From the NCBI RefSeq assembly GCF_053078305.1, contig NZ_CP166879.1: DNA of 64,000 nucleotides; one strand, given 5' to 3'. The notes beneath the pieces are model-generated. The model was given only the letters and a program-made list of their open reading frames with translations. It was not told where the DNA came from and searched no databases. A program made the position numbers and the translations under genes. This document shows positions 59,673-64,000 of the stretch, one piece after another (positions within the stretch are counted from its first letter, which is position 1; each line of letters begins with the position of its first letter).

Positions 59673-61835
59673 ATGGCCTTTATGCTAAGTCCTTTGCTCA
59701 AACGCTATACCTGGAACAGCGCCTGGCTGTATTACGCGCGTATTTTTATTGCGCTTTGTGGAACCACAGCGTTTCCGTGGTGGCTGGGTGATGTAAAACT
59801 GACGATTCCGCTAACGCTGGGGATGGTGGCAGCGGCGCTGACCGATCTCGATGACCGACTGGCGGGACGTTTGCGTAACCTCATCATTACGCTGTTCTGC
59901 TTTTTTATCGCCTCGGCCTCAGTAGAATTGCTGTTTCCCTGGCCCTGGCTATTTGCGATTGGCTTAACGCTCTCTACCAGCGGCTTCATTTTGCTCGGCG
60001 GTCTGGGTCAACGCTATGCAACAATTGCCTTCGGTGCATTGCTGATCGCTATTTACACTATGTTGGGAACATCACTGTATGAGCACTGGTATCAGCAGCC
60101 GATGTATCTGCTGGCCGGTGCCGTCTGGTACAACGTCCTGACACTTATTGGTCATCTGCTGTTCCCGGTCCGCCCGCTGCAGGACAACCTGGCGCGTTGC
60201 TATGAACAACTGGCGCGTTATCTTGAGCTCAAGTCGCGCATGTTTGATCCTGATATTGAAGATGAAAGCCAGGCACCGCTGTACGATTTGGCTCTCGCCA
60301 ACGGTCAGCTGATGGCGACATTGAATCAGACGAAACTCTCGCTGCTGACCCGCTTACGTGGCGATCGTGGTCAACGGGGAACGCGTCGCACGCTGCATTA
60401 TTACTTTGTCGCACAGGATATTCACGAGCGTGCCAGCTCTTCTCATATTCAGTATCAAACATTGCGTGAACATTTTCGCCACAGCGACGTGCTGTTCCGT
60501 TTTCAGCGGCTGATGTCGATGCAGGGCCAGGCGTGCCAGCAACTGTCACGCTGTATTTTGCTGCGTCAGCCTTATCAACATGATCCGCATTTTGAACGCG
60601 CTTTTACGCATATTGATGCTGCGCTGGAGCGGATGCGCGATAACGGCGCGCCTGCCGATTTACTCAAAACACTGGGATTTTTGCTGAACAATTTACGCGC
60701 CATTGATGCCCAACTGGCAACAATTGAATCAGAACAGGCCCAGGCACTGCCCCATAATAATGACGAAAATGAGCTCGCTGATGACAGCCCGCACGGATTG
60801 AGTGATATCTGGCTGCGTCTTAGCCGTCACTTCACGCCGGAATCCGCCCTCTTCCGTCATGCGGTAAGAATGTCGCTGGTGTTGTGCTTCGGCTACGCCA
60901 TCATTCAAATAACCGGAATGCATCACGGGTATTGGATCTTGCTGACAAGTTTGTTTGTCTGCCAGCCAAACTATAACGCCACGCGCCACCGCCTGAAGCT
61001 AAGGATTATTGGTACGCTGGTAGGTATCGCCATTGGCATTCCTGTGCTGTGGTTTGTGCCATCACTGGAAGGGCAGCTGGTGCTGCTGGTTATTACCGGC
61101 GTGCTCTTTTTTGCCTTCCGTAACGTGCAATACGCTCATGCAACGATGTTCATCACACTTTTGGTGCTACTGTGTTTTAACTTACTGGGTGAAGGTTTTG
61201 AAGTAGCGTTACCTCGCGTAATCGATACGCTGATTGGTTGTGCCATTGCGTGGGCGGCAGTGAGCTACATCTGGCCTGACTGGCAGTTTCGCAATCTGCC
61301 GCGCATGCTCGAACGCGCCACAGAGGCCAACTGTCGCTATCTCGATGCCATACTGGAGCAATACCATCAGGGGCGTGATAACCGTCTGGCGTATCGTATT
61401 GCCCGCCGCGATGCACACAACCGTGATGCTGAACTGGCGTCGGTGGTATCAAATATGTCCAGCGAACCGAACGTTACCCCGCAAATTCGCGAAGCCGCGT
61501 TTCGGTTGCTGTGCCTTAACCATACGTTTACCAGCTATATCTCAGCCCTCGGTGCTCACCGGGAGCAGTTAACTAATCCTGAAATTCTGGCATTTCTTGA
61601 TGACGCAGTTTGCTATGTTGATGACGCGTTACATCATCAACCTGCTGATGAAGAACGCGTCAATCAGGCATTAGCTGGCCTGAAACAACGGATGCAGCAA
61701 CTTGAACCACGGGCAGACAGCAAAGAACCTCTGGTCGTACAACAAGTTGGGTTATTGATTGCATTACTGCCTGAGATTGGTCGTCTGCAACGCCAGATTA
61801 CTCAAGTTCCGCAGGAAACTCCTGTTTCGGCGTAA
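59673..61835 (+). CDS. yccS: Inner membrane protein YccS (FUSC-like)
   Basis: 720 aa polytopic membrane protein; K-12 synteny. Confidence 0.9.
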   Translation: MAFMLSPLLKRYTWNSAWLYYARIFIALCGTTAFPWWLGDVKLTIPLTLGMVAAALTDLDDRLAGRLRNLIITLFCFFIASASVELLFPWPWLFAIGLTLSTSGFILLGGLGQRYATIAFGALLIAIYTMLGTSLYEHWYQQPMYLLAGAVWYNVLTLIGHLLFPVRPLQDNLARCYEQLARYLELKSRMFDPDIEDESQAPLYDLALANGQLMATLNQTKLSLLTRLRGDRGQRGTRRTLHYYFVAQDIHERASSSHIQYQTLREHFRHSDVLFRFQRLMSMQGQACQQLSRCILLRQPYQHDPHFERAFTHIDAALERMRDNGAPADLLKTLGFLLNNLRAIDAQLATIESEQAQALPHNNDENELADDSPHGLSDIWLRLSRHFTPESALFRHAVRMSLVLCFGYAIIQITGMHHGYWILLTSLFVCQPNYNATRHRLKLRIIGTLVGIAIGIPVLWFVPSLEGQLVLLVITGVLFFAFRNVQYAHATMFITLLVLLCFNLLGEGFEVALPRVIDTLIGCAIAWAAVSYIWPDWQFRNLPRMLERATEANCRYLDAILEQYHQGRDNRLAYRIARRDAHNRDAELASVVSNMSSEPNVTPQIREAAFRLLCLNHTFTSYISALGAHREQLTNPEILAFLDDAVCYVDDALHHQPADEERVNQALAGLKQRMQQLEPRADSKEPLVVQQVGLLIALLPEIGRLQRQITQVPQETPVSA

Positions 61836-62427
61836 GAGAGTCAGCCCATTCTGCAAGCTCCTGGCGGCGTGCCACCGGGAGCGCAGCTTCATGAATGCCG
61901 ATAATGGCACCTTCAAGCATAAACAGAATCTTTTCTGTCACCAGACTGTTTTGCTGCCGCAGTCGCAACCAACACATTTTTGCCCCAAGTATACGTAACG
62001 CCCGTACATCCTTAATCCCCACCTCCCCGAGAATCGCTTCCAGATGAAAAGACATATTGGGCAAATCTTTCAGTCTTTCCCGGGTATTGCGCGTGCTTTT
62101 CTCTTTCAGCGCTGCATCGAGAGAATATTTCGACAGACGCACCAGCTTCAGTTGATTTCGCCATAGACTTTCATCAACCCGATAGTAATTGAGGGTAACG
62201 GATCGGCCACACTTTTTATATGTCAGCCAGACAGGCGGATGTTTTACACAGTACTGTGCACTTTGCTCACAAGCCCGAAGATATAACTCACCATCAGAAA
62301 CCATCGCAAACACCGTGTCGTCAACGGTCAGGCTGTAACTACCAAACAATGATCGGTATTCAATTGTGCCCAACGTTGCCAGGTATTCTTGTGATTTATA
62401 GATCCGCTTATAGGAGAGGCTTTTCAT
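61798..62427 (-). CDS. sxy: Competence regulator Sxy/TfoX
   Basis: MKSLSYKRIYKSQEYLATLGTIEYRSLFGSYSLTVDDTVF... Confidence 0.9.
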   Translation of the reverse strand: MKSLSYKRIYKSQEYLATLGTIEYRSLFGSYSLTVDDTVFAMVSDGELYLRACEQSAQYCVKHPPVWLTYKKCGRSVTLNYYRVDESLWRNQLKLVRLSKYSLDAALKEKSTRNTRERLKDLPNMSFHLEAILGEVGIKDVRALRILGAKMCWLRLRQQNSLVTEKILFMLEGAIIGIHEAALPVARRQELAEWADSLTPKQEFPAELE

Positions 62428-62603
62428 AAAATTCCTTTTAAAATCATAACATAAAAGAATGATTCACATTAACGGATCCGTTAAATACGAAAATAGGCAA
62501 CTTATTCTTTAGGGGCAAGATTAATTTATGTTTTCCCGTCACCAACGACAAAATTTGCGAGGCTCTTTCCGAAAATAGGGTTGATCTTTGTCGTCACTGG
62601 ATG

Positions 62604-62623
62604 TACTGTACATCCATACAGTA
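62604..62623 (+). promoter_or_regulatory. LexA (SOS) box upstream of sulA
   Basis: TACTGTACATCCATACAGTA fits CTGT-N8-ACAG, 23 nt upstream of sulA ATG. Confidence 0.85.
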
Positions 62624-62645
62624 ACTCACAGGGGCTGGATTGATT

Positions 62646-63155
62646 ATGTACACTTCAGGCTATGCACATCGTTCTTCGTCGTTCTCATCCGCAGCAAGTA
62701 AAATTGCGCGTGTCTCTACGGAAAACACTACAGCCGGGCTTATCAGTGAAGTTGTCTATCGCGAAGATCAGCCCATGATGACGCAACTTCTACTGTTGCC
62801 ATTGTTACAGCAACTCGGTCAGCAATCGCGCTGGCAACTCTGGTTAACACCGCAACAAAAACTGAGTCGGGAATGGGTTCAGGCATCTGGGCTACCCTTA
62901 ACGAAAGTAATGCAGATTAGCCAGCTCCCCCCTTGCCACACTGTGGAGTCAATGGTTCGCGCTTTACGCACGGGCAATTACAGTGTGGTGATCGGTTGGT
63001 TGGCAGATGATTTGACTGAAGAAGAGCATGCTGAACTTGTTGATGCGGCAAATGAAGGTAACGCTATGGGGTTTATTATGCGTCCGGTAAGCGCATCCTC
63101 TCACGCAACGAGACAACTTTCCGGGCTAAAAATTCACTCTAATTTGTATCATTAA
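62646..63155 (+). CDS. sulA: SOS cell-division inhibitor SulA
   Basis: [38 protein letters not shown]... Confidence 0.9.
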   Translation: MYTSGYAHRSSSFSSAASKIARVSTENTTAGLISEVVYREDQPMMTQLLLLPLLQQLGQQSRWQLWLTPQQKLSREWVQASGLPLTKVMQISQLPPCHTVESMVRALRTGNYSVVIGWLADDLTEEEHAELVDAANEGNAMGFIMRPVSASSHATRQLSGLKIHSNLYH

Positions 63156-63511
63156 GTAAATTTAGGATTAATCCTGGAACTTTTTTTGTCGTCCAGCCAA
63201 TGCTTTCAGTCGTGATTAATTTTCCTTGCGGAGGCTTGTCTGAAGCGGTTTCCGCGATTTTCTTCTGTAAATTGTCGCTGACAAAAAAGATTAAACATAC
63301 CTTATACAAGACTTTTTTTTCATATGCCTGACGGAGTTCACACTTGTAAGTTTTCAACTACGTTGTAGACTTTACATCGCCAGGGGTGCTCGGCATAAGC
63401 CGAAGATATCGGTAGAGTTAATATTGAGCAGATCCCCCGGTGAAGGATTTAACCGTGTTATCTCGTTGGAGATATTCATGGCGTATTTTGGATGATAACG
63501 AGGCGCAAAAA

Positions 63512-64000
63512 ATGAAAAAGACAGCTATCGCGATTGCAGTGGCACTGGCTGGTTTCGCTACCGTAGCGCAGGCCGCTCCGAAAGATAACACCTGGTACAC
63601 TGGTGCTAAACTGGGCTGGTCCCAGTACCATGACACTGGTTTTATTCCTAACAATGGTCCGACCCACGAAAACCAACTGGGTGCAGGTGCTTTTGGTGGT
63701 TACCAGGTTAACCCGTATGTTGGCTTTGAAATGGGTTACGACTGGTTAGGTCGTATGCCGTACAAAGGCGACAACATCAATGGCGCATACAAAGCTCAGG
63801 GCGTTCAGCTGACCGCTAAACTGGGTTACCCAATCACTGACGATCTGGACATCTACACTCGTCTGGGTGGTATGGTATGGCGTGCAGACACCAAGGCTAA
63901 CGTACCTGGTGGCGCATCCTTTAAAGACCACGACACCGGCGTTTCTCCGGTTTTCGCAGGTGGTGTTGAGTACGCGATCACTCCTGAAATCGCTACCCGT
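63512..64000 (+). CDS. ompA: Outer membrane protein A, N-terminal part (runs off window)
   Basis: [44 protein letters not shown]... Confidence 0.9.
   Translation, partial: MKKTAIAIAVALAGFATVAQAAPKDNTWYTGAKLGWSQYHDTGFIPNNGPTHENQLGAGAFGGYQVNPYVGFEMGYDWLGRMPYKGDNINGAYKAQGVQLTAKLGYPITDDLDIYTRLGGMVWRADTKANVPGGASFKDHDTGVSPVFAGGVEYAITPEIATR

Overview
Escherichia coli chromosomal window (reverse orientation relative to the K-12 map) running hyaB'-hyaA-serT ... yccA-tusE-yccX-rlmI-hspQ-yccU-yccT-mgsA-helD-yccF-yccS-sxy-sulA-ompA', interrupted by a ~50-kb lambda-like prophage inserted at the 3' end of tRNA-Ser (serT), bounded by 60-bp direct repeats at 1888-1947 and 51881-51940. The prophage has a complete lambda-type head/tail module (Nu1 through J, stf, tfa; a cos site matching lambda cosN), a Qin-like early-left region (DicA-like repressor, YdaS/YdaT, a DicF-like sRNA, DicB, YdfD) and a Stx-phage-like late region (Q, an Ile/Arg/Arg tRNA cluster, nanS-p esterase, pinholin, SAR endolysin, Rz/Rz1) with no stx genes. 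Everything here is read by eye from the sequence and recalled protein families; no database search was run. The most unusual loci are: (1) a 328-aa protein of unknown function translationally embedded between holin and endolysin; (2) a second insertion between endolysin and Rz, with two small membrane proteins and a DPPY methyltransferase whose stop overlaps the Rz start; (3) a second orphan methyltransferase at the stx-equivalent position next to ~1 kb of non-coding DNA holding two diverged ~240-bp structured repeat units; (4) two Hok-family toxins, one below the ORF-track cutoff; (5) a HigB/HigA-like pair; (6) an 812-aa early protein ending in a DEDDh exonuclease domain. No CRISPR array, IS element or rRNA was seen.
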